A model generated the notes under the pieces. That model saw nothing but the letters and a program-made list of their open reading frames with translations. It was not told the DNA's origin and did not search any database. 64,000 bases of DNA from Batkoa obscura (taxonomy: Eukaryota): positions 1 through 64,000 of the forward strand of contig JASVEC010000019.1 of assembly GCA_030770535.1 (NCBI GenBank), in the 5' to 3' direction. Within the stretch, counting starts at the first letter, position 1, and each line of letters begins with the position of its first letter. Both the position numbers and the translations under genes were made by a program. Positions 27,428 through 39,519 of the stretch are shown in pieces.

Positions 27428-27524
27428 GGGGTTGTTTTTTTGGCTTGATTACTTTTTCTATCTTTTAAATGTTATTTGAGTGGAAAGATTGTAGTAAAAT
27501 CCTTAAACAAAAAAACATATCCCC
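27428..27524 (-). mobile_element. ~97-bp MITE copy
   Basis: ATAT TSD. Confidence 0.85.
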
Positions 27525-27770
27525 ATATAAATATTTTTTGCTTCAGTACTTTATCCATTATCTGTGTAACGAAGATTTTTCTAGTTAAATATTAGTATAA
27601 AATATTTACACATGACTGTTTATAAATAAATGGGAAATGATTTTAATGTGAAAATGTCTTATTTTAGTATTACTATTTTCTTTATTCTATATTGTATAAA
27701 ATTAGACAAAGAAACGAAATTATATAAGACACTTAACATTTTATATAAATTGTTTTTTTACTTAGAATTT

Positions 27771-27868
27771 GAGGATGTTTTTTTTGGCTTTATTACTTTT
27801 TCTATCTTTTAAGTACATTTGAGCGGAAAAGTTATTAGTAAAATCCTTAAATACAAAAATACATCCCT
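27771..27868 (-). mobile_element. ~97-bp MITE copy
   Basis: ATTT TSD on both sides. Confidence 0.85.
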
Positions 27869-28636
27869 ATTTGTTAAAACTGTTTTTTTAACATTTAGAT
27901 GAAAGTAGTTAAACATTCTCTACATTTTTGTACTAAGCTTTAGACTCACTATAAACGGACGTAGTGAGTCTCTTTTCATAGTTAAACCAACACTCAGCTA
28001 TACATTTTATAAAAAACAGCATATAAAATTTGATTTGATATTAACCCACTTATAAATAATTACTAGTATCAGAGTAAGGTCTGGAATTCATTAGTAACCT
28101 CTTTAATGCTAATTTAGATAGTTTCAAGTCATTATCGCAGTCAAGAATGATGGGCGTCATTATTTTCTATAAATTTTTATAAAATTCATTTCGTTTTATA
28201 ATTAAGTGCCAATTGAAAAAACATTAAGAAAATTGAAAGTTTAACTAGCCTGTATATGGCAAACGTAAGTTAGAGTTAGTGGAGATTAAGAAAAAGTTTA
28301 TTTTTTAACTAGTTAAGGGAGAGCTAATCAGTCTCTTTCAACTTGTCTAAAAATTGACTTTTTATCAAAAAGAATAGAAACTCACAAAAGGGTTCCTAAT
28401 ATCCTTGACTGCGACTCAAGCCTTAAATAGCTTTTATATCTTGCTATTCAGATAATTATGTCATAAGCTTAATTTCTAGAGACAATAATTGGCTTAATGA
28501 AGCAAGCATTATCTAAAATTTATAAATAATTGTTTATCAACCTAATTAAACTAAAATATAATATTATAATCTAAAAGCAACAATAAATCTTGAAGTATAA
28601 AAAGAAGATATTAGACCTTAAGAAATAAACTAAAAA

Positions 28637-30219
28637 ATGATTTTATATATTTTATTATCCTTTATACTTTTGTTTTCCTACATTTGTTTCAAATTCCGTC
28701 CTAATAGAAATGTAGCCCAACTACCTAGTGTAAATATACTGATGATATTTTATCATATATTATGTGGAACCTCTGGACAGTTAATAGATAAACTTTTAAT
28801 AAATCCTCTACTTTCGAAAAATCAATTTATAACCGTGTTCTTAGGCCGGTGGTTTATATTAGTAAAAGATATGGATATCATCAAAAAAATACTCCTTGAT
28901 GATACAGCTTTTGTTAAAATTAAACAGAATGAAATGATGTTTGATTTTGGATTAATAGAAGAAAATATTGCTGAAGTGGATAAAAAGAAGTGGAAAGTAC
29001 ATAAAAAAGTAGTTAATCCAGCATTTAAAAGGGGATGGGATTTAGAAATTTTTATAACTGTGGCAAATAAAATTTGTGATAAAATCCAGAATGCCAGTGA
29101 CCAAGAAATTGAAGTTATGGAAATTTTTAAAGCTAGTACCTTAGATAGCTTAGGGTTAGCTGTGTTTGATATCGATTTTAATACTATCAGTAATCAAGAT
29201 AATGAGATGGCTTACTTATATAACAATCTCGTCAATGAAATCTTAAACCCCTTGTTTTTTATGCTACCTTTTTTAAATCACTTTCCCTTTCCATCAAGAA
29301 TGAAATTATATGGTGATGCTGCTAAGTTTCGTGGCCATATAAAAGGACTGATTGATGACGAAAGAAAAAAATTGGCTGTATCTGGTAATAATGAAAAAGG
29401 TTCCAATCTGTTATCATTGATGATACAATCTTCTGATGAGGAATCGGAAGGACTTACTGATGAGTTAATTATAGTAATTACTGATTTCGTTTTAATATAA
29501 CCCTTTTCTTATTTTTTACACTTTAGAATAATGCCATTGTGTTTTTTATTGCTGGACATGACTCAACTGCCCACGCACTAAATTCAGTTACTTACTATTT
29601 AGCTAAGCATCAAGTAATATTAATTACATGAAAATAATTTCAATACTAATTGATAATTAATAACTAGGAAATCCAACAAAAACTGAGACAAAAAATAAAA
29701 GATGTACTAGGACCAAAAAATCCGTTAAAAGAGTTAAGTTCCAATCATGCTATTTTAAATGAAATTGTTTATTTAGATGCTGTAATTTATGAAACTTTAA
29801 GATCCATTCCAGTAGCAAATACACTTACTCGTAAATCAAACCGACCAGTTACTTTAGAAAATAATCTAAGAATAGTCCCGAATCAATCCATCATGTTACA
29901 TATAGGACTTGCAATGAAGGATCCAACTTTATTCAAAAACCCAGAAGAATTTCAACCCGAACGTTTTTTAATTGTTGAAGATAATCAAACTAAAATTGAT
30001 AAAAAAATGACCAACTTGTTACTTACTTTTGGTTATGGTACTAGGATGTGTATAGGCAATCAGCTCTCTTTGTTGGAGCAAAAGGTGTTTTTGATTGCTT
30101 TATTATCAAAGTTTAATATATCCTTACCTGAAAATTCACCACATCATGACTATCCTGTTTTACCTCCAGTAGGTTTGTTTAGTCCTAAAGACCTAAAGGT
30201 TAAATTCACGAAGATCTGA
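28637..30219 (+). CDS. Cytochrome P450, paralog 2 (intact)
   Basis: Three exons in continuous frame; AGHDST, ETLR, PERF, FGYGTRMCIG. Confidence 0.92.
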
Positions 30220-32466
30220 ATGTATTTTATGAAACCCTACATCATTTGTTTTTGTATAATTTCTCATAACACCTGAATAAATGATTTAAACGTTAAATTT
30301 TTAATGTCATATTTTGATTATTTTAATAACTAATAGATATCAGATAATTTTGTATATTTTCAGAATTATATTTTCATGTTGGATTTTTTTCAGAAGTACG
30401 TGCTTAATGCAGTGTTTATTCAAGAGAAAAAACGGCTATTAAGTAATAAGCATTAGAAAATCTTAGAAGAAGATAAATACTTTAGAGTTAGTTGAAGTTT
30501 TTAGTCCGAACAACCCTATCTCAAGAGTCCTTTTACCCAATTTAGATTTGTTCAATCTAAATGTAGTTAAAAAGAGTTGATTAATTAGAAAGTGTCTCCG
30601 TTCGGAATTAAATAAGGAAATAAGGACTAGGTCACACTTTCCCCAAATAGAATTTTGCAATAGTGTGTATAGACAATCTATATTACAGTTCATACTAATT
30701 CTTATGGTCTTATTTTCAGAAATAATGCAAATAATTTAAGGTAAAGGTACAACTATCTCTATATAACTATCGCCCATTTAAAAGTCTGATTATCTTTGCT
30801 TTTAAACAATATATTTAAATCTTCTTTGTTTGATCATTAAATGTTTTTGTTTGTTACTTTTAGTGACATTTATTCTATAAATTGGTATAAATGCCAGCTA
30901 GTCTAATTCTTTCTTATTAATAATAAATTTCTTATAATCAAAATCATAAAGTCAAATATCTAAGATGAGTAAATAAAACCATACATTTATTCTTTACATT
31001 GTCATAATACTTATAAACAGCTTTAAATTGATTATGAATAATTTCAACTCTTATAAGCATTTATTAACAAAATTGACGCATATTATAGACCTACTTTATT
31101 CAATTTATAAGCGATATTTCTATAAAATTTATTTTTATAAAATTAACAAAATCTTAAATAAAAACACTTAAAAAAACAAAAAAGATATAAACATATGGGG
31201 TTGTCTGAATTAGTTTCATTATTTTATCCAATTTTTGAAAAATTTTGTATTTTAAAAACTTCGCTTAAAATTCTATAAAATCATATCTTTTATTAAAACA
31301 AAAGTACCCGGACACAGTTCTAAATCATTCTATTATAGTTCATACTGTAAGTTAGTTGAATTTCTACTAGATCTTAAATACATGTTCTTATAAAGCTTAA
31401 TTGAGAAATATTTATTATCAACTGCTTTATAACCAACATTGTAGATTTATTATCAAATAAATAAACTATTTTAATGTTATAATTACATTATTAATATATT
31501 GCCAAGTTAATAAATAGCTGCATGGGAGGGAGTGATTAGCCCCAAAACTATAATTAACGATCCCTATATAGTACAAGTAATAATAGTTTTTACATATTAT
31601 TACAGTTACTTGTTCTTTGACTATTTATTAACTTAGCTATTAATAACTTAAGTAATCTTAACATTTAACAATTTATTTCTATCATTCAACAAACTACTTA
31701 CTTGCTTAGTAAATATCGAAATTTTTAACTTCTCTGTTATCTTCGTAAGGTAAGCTGGCATCAATCTTTTAACTTTTCTATTTTCTATAGACTCTATAAT
31801 TCTAATTGGAACTATATCGCTCTTTTTTGATGTATCAGATACTGGATAACAATGTAGTTTATTGTTATGTTTAATAAAATGTAAATACTTCTTAATGCCT
31901 TGTATCTCTATTATTCTTTTTGTATTTTTTTTTGTTTCATACTTTTTAAAAATTATATCTATTTTCCCATTATTAACAGTCGAGTTATTAATTTTGTTAT
32001 GCTCACAAATAAAAGCCTCAAATCTTGAAATTAATTGATTGATATCTTCTATTTTACCTAACGCTTCAAAACTACTTTTCCATTTTGAAAGATTTCCAAA
32101 ATGTCCATCAACTATACTTTTTCCATGATGCTCAGCAAAAAAATTAAGATTAACATTCAAACTACTATTTATTTTATGAATTTCTTTAAACATATAGTGT
32201 AGAAATTCTTGGGATCTAAAATGATTTCCTGTATCTGCCCATATATTAATTTTTGTAAACTTTTTAAATAGAAGCTCTGTAGATATCAAATTGATTGAGC
32301 AATCTCCTGCATATGCTGAGTCATGATTTAATATCTCAGATAAATAATCAAAGTAAACTTTGCCTATTGTTTTATCATCTTTTAAATATAAAACACCAAA
32401 GCCTAATACTAATATAGCTTGTTTATTATAATGATCTAGATTTATTGAATCCGGTCTTGTTCCTAT

Positions 32467-32931
32467 TGTGAAATATTGCTTTGTCAGTCTCAGAGTTAAT
32501 TATAGCATAACAATCGCCTAAGCTGTTGTGTTATCGAGTTCAGAGAAAATCAATCCCACATTCTTAGTTTGATTTGCTATGAGAATTTTTAGCTCCATCC
32601 CAAAGAACATTATCTTCTCATTTTGATGTTTATACTTTTCAGAATATAAAAGAGCTTACAGAGTATAGTAGTTCGGGGCTTTTTAACTGAATTATTTCTT
32701 GATATCTCGAGCATTTAATAAAGCCACTAAGTTTTCTTGATAGTATTTTACGTAGATTTTTACATTAGTATTGTCTATTCTATTTGTCTTCTATAGCTTG
32801 TAACCTATTACGTGCTATTCTTCATAATCCAAGTCTACCTTAGTCACATAAACTAAGACCTTTCGACTTATAGTGTAGTCAACCCAGCAATAACTGTTCT
32901 TGACTCCAAACCCTGAGTACCAGATTTCGCA
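32467..32931 (+). mobile_element. 465-bp solo-LTR-like element inserted in the transposase gene
   Basis: TGTGAAAT...ATTTCGCA ends, CTAT 4-bp TSD, TATAAAAG at 32645 and AATAAA at 32717; near-identical to 38602-39066. Confidence 0.85.
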
Positions 32932-33293
32932 CTATTTCCATATTTTGTTTAAAATCTAAAATTATTATACAACTTTTGTTATTTAATTTTTTAATAGTTT
33001 CATTAAATGTGTTTTTTTGAGTATCAACACAGAATTTATGTAATTTGTATAACTTTTCTTCGTTGAAAATTTCTTCTATCTCTGCTTTGTTTTTTATTGC
33101 TATATTTATTTTATCTTCGAATAACTTTTTTTAACTGTATACTGAGCACATATATTACATAGATCCGTTTTTCTTGCTGGATTTTTGAAATTACTTGGTA
33201 TATATTTAAAGAGCGTTGACCTAGCTGCTGCTTCATCTCTTAGATCATTAAAATATTTACTGTATATCATTCTTCTACTTTTATTTGATATAT

Positions 33294-33394
33294 GGGAGCG
33301 TTTTTTTTTTTTACTTCATTACTTTTCCATTTTTTAAATGCTATTTAAGCGGAAAATTTGTTAGTAAAATTCTTAAACGCAAAAATACATTCCC
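33294..33394 (-). mobile_element. MITE copy inserted in the transposase gene
   Basis: ATAT TSD. Confidence 0.85.
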
Positions 33395-33935
33395 ATATAC
33401 TTATTTAAAATTGAACTTTAGCAGTTGTTGGAAATCTTTTAATTAGTCGAATCAAAATCAAACTACTTCTAAAATTCGATTCTTTAGGAGTTTTTCCAGT
33501 TTTTCGTTATTGATTATTATAATAATAAAACTTTAATGTCCACTTTTAAAAGTATTGAAAAAATTATAATAAATATTATTTCTTTGGAAAAAATCCACTA
33601 TTATTGCTATGGAATAAGTATTTTTAAGAAAGTATTATATTGAAGATGAATTTTCTTACATTAAACTTAAAGGTGAAACTATCAACAACTTTTCCTATTG
33701 ATTTAAAAAGGGTTATAAGTTATCGAGTAATGGCATTGGATGAATTATTGAAGAGCGATTGTTTTGAACTATTCTAGTGTTAAACATTAATAAGCTAAAA
33801 GTCCTTCTATCAAGATCTAAAGGATAGGCAATTACTACTCTTGATTAAGATTATATACATCAACCTCATTAGAGCATGAAGGTATGAGTATGACATCATA
33901 TAAATTTAAAACAACTTTTATTTAAAAAATAATTT

Positions 33936-34031
33936 GGCAGTGTATTTTTGTGTTTAAGAATTTTACTACAATTTTTTCGTTAAATAGTACTTAAAAGATA
34001 GAAAAAGTAATGAAGCCAAAAAAGACACCCC
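33936..34031 (+). mobile_element. ~97-bp MITE copy
   Basis: Consensus match. Confidence 0.8.
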
Positions 34032-34735
34032 TATATATTAAAATAAAAGATATCAAAATAAAGATAAAGTATTTTCTATCAGCTGCCTAACAGCTTGCTT
34101 TTTCATTCCATTTACAAAACAATGGATGATAACCATTAATAGAACCATAGACATATGCCTTACCATGTAAAGATAGTAATTTTTTTATTAGCGTTTTAAT
34201 ATATACCTTTAAATACTGCAAGCTTCAATTCTAATTTTTTGCTATTATGCTAAAGAGTATTTTCTCTTTCAATCAATATCTCCTAAGCTTTTTGATTAAC
34301 TTCATTTTATAATACTATAGCTCAATTTCCGATAATAATATGGAATATAGACTTTTGCAATATAAAAACCTTCAGAGATTGAAGAATTATCAGTATTCAT
34401 ACTATTATCGAAATCTTCTAAGCTCTTCTTTGGTTGAGGTTCCATGGCCTTGTTGATAATATTATAAATCAAGTAAGTGAGTCTTAAAATCCTAAGAAAG
34501 TAAAGGAGCCCCTTTAGTTACATGAATGCAACCTGTGTGAATGATTATTTTTAATAAACTGGTAGATAGTTTTAAACTGTCCATGGTAAACTAATTTGAA
34601 ATTAGGATGCAGTTGTTTAGTCTTTTTTATACACTTTTTAGACTTAATTACTTATAGCTTTTTAATTAAATCTATTTCAACTTTAAAATTGATTTTGTAT
34701 CAGTCTTTTTAGCAGATGTTTCAGTGAAACAGTTT

Positions 34736-34831
34736 GAGACTGTTTTTTTTGGTTTCATTATTTTTCCATTTTTTAAGCACTATTTGAGTGGAAAGGTTGT
34801 AGTAAAATTCTTAAACAAAAAAATCCATCCC
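34736..34831 (-). mobile_element. ~97-bp MITE copy
   Basis: GTTT TSD on both sides. Confidence 0.85.
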
Positions 34832-35651
34832 CGTTTAGTACTTGTCTCTATCTAACCAAAATTATTAATTATTATAATGAAGTGGATTATAGCCTAATAT
34901 TAACCCTACTTATTTTCCAATAGTATTATGAATACTTAGTTATTTATAGTTACTATAATTAATGAAATTGATTGATATTTGTAATCGTAGTTTGTAAAAT
35001 TTATTATAATATAACGCTCTATATATTCTTTAGTCAAATAATTTTTGATAAAGAAGCACCATTAAATAAAGGATTCTTTTTAAAAGACCTCAATCATGAA
35101 TTAATTTCTTGGGAAAAAAAACCGCTAGTTAGTTTATGGTACAAATGTACTGACATTAACTTTAAAGCTAGTAGGGCCTTAGTCAATGATAGTCCCAAGT
35201 TAACACTAAATCAAAGACTCCACCTCAGTGCAAAGGATTCTATAAATCTAATTCTTTGCACTGAGAGACCATTGGTTAGTTTAAACTCAAAGTTCGACTT
35301 TTCTTTAGTTTTAATTTTAGCAAAAGCTCCGTTATACATAAAATGCTATAAAGGTGATTACTAATCTTAAATAAGCTTCATATAGGAGCATTTTTTTGTC
35401 TGGTATTTGGTATGTATTTTTTCAGGTTTTATATTATATAAAAATAAATAAAAAAGTTAAGCCGAAAATTTTTATTTCAATATGGATAAATTTAAAGCCA
35501 TGGCTAAAATTTAATAAAAAAATAACAAATTTTTCATAACATTTGAACCTAATTTATAACTTTTATAAAGCAAAACTGGGAAAACGTTGAGCCTTAAATT
35601 TAAAATAAGCCCTATCTATCAACTGCATAAGATAGATTAGAAATATTAAAC

Positions 35652-35745
35652 GAGGACGTATTTTTATTTAAGAATTTTACTGATAATTTTGCTATTAAAA
35701 TAACGCTTAAAAATGTAAAAAGTGATGAAACTAAAAAATATCCTC
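35652..35745 (+). mobile_element. MITE copy in the P450-3 promoter
   Basis: AAAC TSD on both sides. Confidence 0.8.
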
Positions 35746-35830
35746 AAACTCTCTACAGTTTATGATAATTTAATGCTACAATTTGAAGTATAAAAAAAGG
35801 ACTTGGACCCCCTAGAAAATAAACCAAAAA

Positions 35831-37409
35831 ATGATTTTTTATATCTTACTATTCTTTATACCTTTATTTTTCTACAGTTATCTTAAACTTCAACCAGATA
35901 AAAATGTAGCTCAGTTACCTCGTGTGAGTCCATTATTGATACTATATCATGTATTAATTGGGACCCCTGCACAGTTGAGAGAGAAGTTAATACTACTCCC
36001 TTCTTTTTCTAAGAGTCGCTTCATAAACGTATTTTTGGGCCAATGATATGTATTTGTAAAAGACGCAGAAATTATCAAAAAAATACTCCTTGATAATGAA
36101 ACTTTTGTAAAAACTAAAACAAGTGAAGTGATGAATGATTTTGGGCTATTTGGAACAAATTTTGCTGAAGAACCAGATAAAGGAGTATGGAAATCACATA
36201 GAAAAATAATCAATCCAGCATTTAAAAGAGGATGGGATCTAGGAGCTTTTGTAACTGTAGCAAATAAAATTTGTGATATAGCTCAAAATCTGTCAACCAA
36301 GAGATTGAGGTTTTGGAAGTCTTTAAAGCTGCAACCTTAGATAGTTTAGGATTAAGTATCCTTGGCATTGACTTTAACTCCATCAATAATTCGGATAACC
36401 AGATAGCTTATTTGTATAATAAGATTAGTGATGGTATTTTAAGCCCTTTGTTTTACATATTTCCTTTTTTGGATTACTTTCCATTTCCATCAAGAATGAA
36501 GTTATATGATGATACTGCTAAACTTCGTAACTATATAAAGAAGTTGATTGATGCTGAGAGGGAAAGATTGAGTGTATCTGGTAGTGACAAACAAGGGACT
36601 AATGTGTTATCATTAATGGTACAATCTTCTGATAGTGGATCGGAAGGGCTTACTAATGAAATGATTATAGTAATTCTTATTTTTAAATTAAGATAATTTT
36701 GTTTTATATTTTTTGTACTTTAGGATGATACTATCGTATTTATTATTGCTGGACATGACACCACTGCCCATACATTAGCTTCAGCTGTATATTATTTAGC
36801 TAGATATCCAGTAATGATAAATATAAGAAAATAAGTGTAATACTAAATAACTAGGAAATCCAACAAAAAGTGAGACAAGAAATAAAAAAATTGCTGGGAC
36901 CAAAAAGCACGTTAGAAGAATTAATTTCAAACCATACTATTTTAAATGAGACTGTTTATTTAGAGTCTGTAATTTATGAAACTATGAGAACTATACCAGC
37001 AATACCTATACTCAATCGTAAACTAAGTCGACCTGTTACCTTGGAAAATAATCTATTACTAAATACCAATCAAGAAATGACGCTACATGTAGGACTTGCA
37101 ATGAAGGACCCAACTTTATTCAAAAACCCAGAAGAATTTCAACCCGAACGCTTTTTAATAGCTGAAGATAATCAAACTAAAATTGATAAAAAAATGACCA
37201 ACTTGTTACTTAATTTTGGTTATGGTACTAGAATGTGTATGGACAATCAGTTCTCTTTGTTGGAGCAAAAAGTGTTTTTAATTGCTTTGGTTCATGATTT
37301 CAATATTACTTTGCCAGAAAACTCCCCACATCATGACCATCCTATCTTACCACCTGCTTTTACTTTACATAGTCCTCAAGATTTAAAGGTTAAGTTCACT
37401 AAACTCTGA
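35831..37409 (+). pseudogene. Cytochrome P450, paralog 3 (probable pseudogene)
   Basis: TGA at 36044 where the paralogs have TGG (Trp); frameshift near 36290; heme motif CxG changed to CMD. Confidence 0.75.
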
Positions 37410-37559
37410 GTATACCTTATAAATCCCCTACATCATTCTTATTCTATGTAGCGGTTTTTTATAAGGCCTGAATAAATCATTTAAGCACTAAATTTCTAAT
37501 ATTGTTTTTTAACTATTTTAATGACTAATGATTACTATTTTGCTTTAATATTTAAACGT

Positions 37560-37651
37560 GAGGATGTATTTTTTAAGAATTTTACTAACGATCTTTCTGC
37601 TCAAATAGCGCTTAAAAAATGGAAAAAATGATGAGATAAAAAAACATCACC
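37560..37651 (+). mobile_element. MITE copy
   Basis: Consensus match; flanks acgt/acat. Confidence 0.8.
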
Positions 37652-37799
37652 ACATGAGAGTGAGCGTTTATTACAGTTGATAGCGTTGTAGGCTAAAAGA
37701 GTTAAAATTAATTCGGATTTCATTTTATTGTTTTTTATAATGAATTTTGTTGATATATCCTTTGTTTATATATATTATGAATTTTGTAAATTATCATAT

Positions 37800-37896
37800 G
37801 TGGATGTTTTTTTTGGTTTCATTACTTTTTCTATTTTTAAGCGCTATTTGAGCAGAAAGACCGTTAGTAGAATTCTTAAACGAAAAATATATCCAC
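37800..37896 (-). mobile_element. ~97-bp MITE copy
   Basis: Consensus match; sister of the 37560 copy. Confidence 0.8.
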
Positions 37897-38601
37897 ATAA
37901 ACTAATTTGGACTATTTTTATAAAAACGTAAAAATGTTACAAAGAGTAAATGCTACTGCTTCTCAAAACTAAACAAATTTTTAATTACTTTGGTAATTGC
38001 TTGCGTTATTTGGATAATTTACAGTGCTCCTAATAAACTATACTACAAATTCATTTACAATCCTCTTCCTATAGCTGTAATAGTCCTTGAATGGGAAGGA
38101 CTCTTCCTAAAAGAGTACCAATTCATGCAACATCACATCAACCTCTTCAAAGAATAAAAACAAGTCCTTCGTGTGACTAATCGGGTTTATTTAGTAAATC
38201 TAATTCTATCTATTCCTAACTCGGACTAATGCCCTCACTTTTATCATCTATATCTTACTTTTTCTAAATTTTCCATATGTTAAATAAGCCAAACCCTCTG
38301 TATGAATGAATAATATAAATAGATAGTTTATATTGCATCAGATCTAAAAATAAAATTACAATATTAATCGTTTTTTTATTCGTTTAAAAAGCCTATTAAC
38401 TACAATTTAATGATGTAATAAAATATTAAAAATGGTTGTTTTAAATATTATAAATTAATTGTAGTGAACTAAGTATATTTTTAATTAGATTTTAGAGATA
38501 ATTAATTGCTAATCTTGTATAAAAACCAAAAGAATCAAAGCATTCAAACAACTTTAGATAAATTTTAGCAATTGGGGGTAGTTCTGTATTTTTTTAAATG
38601 T

Positions 38602-39066
38602 TGTGAAATCTGGTACTCAGGGTTTGGAGTCAAGAACAGCTATTGCTGGATTGACTACACTATAAGTCGAAAGGTCTTAGTTTATGTGACTAAGGTAGAC
38701 TTGGATTATGAAGAATAGCACGTAATAGGTTACAAGCGATATAAGACAAATAGAATAGACAATACTAATGTAAAAATCTACGTAAAATACTATCAAGAAA
38801 ACTTAGTGGCTTTATTAAATATTCGAGATATCAAGAAATAATTCAGTTAAAAAGCCCCGAACTACTATACTCTGTAAGCTCTTTTATATTCTGAAAAGTA
38901 TAAACATCAAAATGAGAAGATAATGTTCTTTGGGATGGAGCTAAAAATTCTCATAGCAAATCAAACTAAGAATGTGGGATTGATTTTCTCTGAACTCGAT
39001 AACACAACAGCTTAGGCGATTGTTATGCTATAATTAACTCTGAAACTGACAAAGCGATATTTCACA
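38602..39066 (-). mobile_element. 465-bp solo-LTR-like element
   Basis: TGTGAAAT...ATTTCACA ends, ATGT 4-bp TSD; inverted copy of 32467-32931 with about 9 differences by eye. Confidence 0.85.
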
Positions 39067-39420
39067 ATGTAATTTTTATTTTTGTAGAATTATTGTCAAG
39101 TAAAATTGTCCCTTAAAATGAAATACTAGTTTTGCACAAAAAAATAATGTTTTTAGCAATTTGTTAATTAAATGAAGATAGATTTACTTATTTAAAATGT
39201 ATTTATTACATTGTCAGTTCATTGTATATTAATTTCCCCTTTAGTTATATTATTTTTAAGAAATGATATTATATAAATCAAATTGTTTATTGATTAATAA
39301 AAGATATTAGCTGATAACAAAACTTATTTTTAACATAAATTCAAGAGAGTATAATATAGCAAGATAAATAGCAGCTATGGTAATATAAATTGAACTTCCA
39401 TGTTTTTTTGTTTAACATTT

Positions 39421-39519
39421 GGGGATGGTTTTTTTGGTTTCATTATTTTTTCCACCTTTTAAGCACTATTTAAGTAGAAAGATTGTTAGTAAAATCCTTG
39501 AACAAAAAAATACATCCCC
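39421..39519 (-). mobile_element. ~97-bp MITE copy
   Basis: ATTT TSD on both sides. Confidence 0.9.

Larger units (their letters stand above)
31197..33440 (-). mobile_element. Disrupted Sola-like (Sola2-type) DNA transposon with DDD transposase
   Basis: Removing the two insertions joins KTDLCNIC...KLH...IILDFKQN...LNHD...WADTGNHFRS...NFFAEHHGKSIVDGHFG; stop at 31648. Terminus atat|GGGGTTGTCTGAATTAGTTTCATT at 31197. The other end was not identified. Confidence 0.7.

Noticed and set aside
33480..35364. Decayed retroelement-like coding fragments (also 25380-25700, 30460-30700, 42250-42800, 53900-54980)
   Set aside because: Many stops and no diagnostic motif I could confirm; needs tBLASTx against TE libraries.
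36044..36046. In-frame TGA in P450-3 as selenocysteine
   Set aside because: It aligns to Trp (TGG) in both paralogs, and the gene has other lesions.
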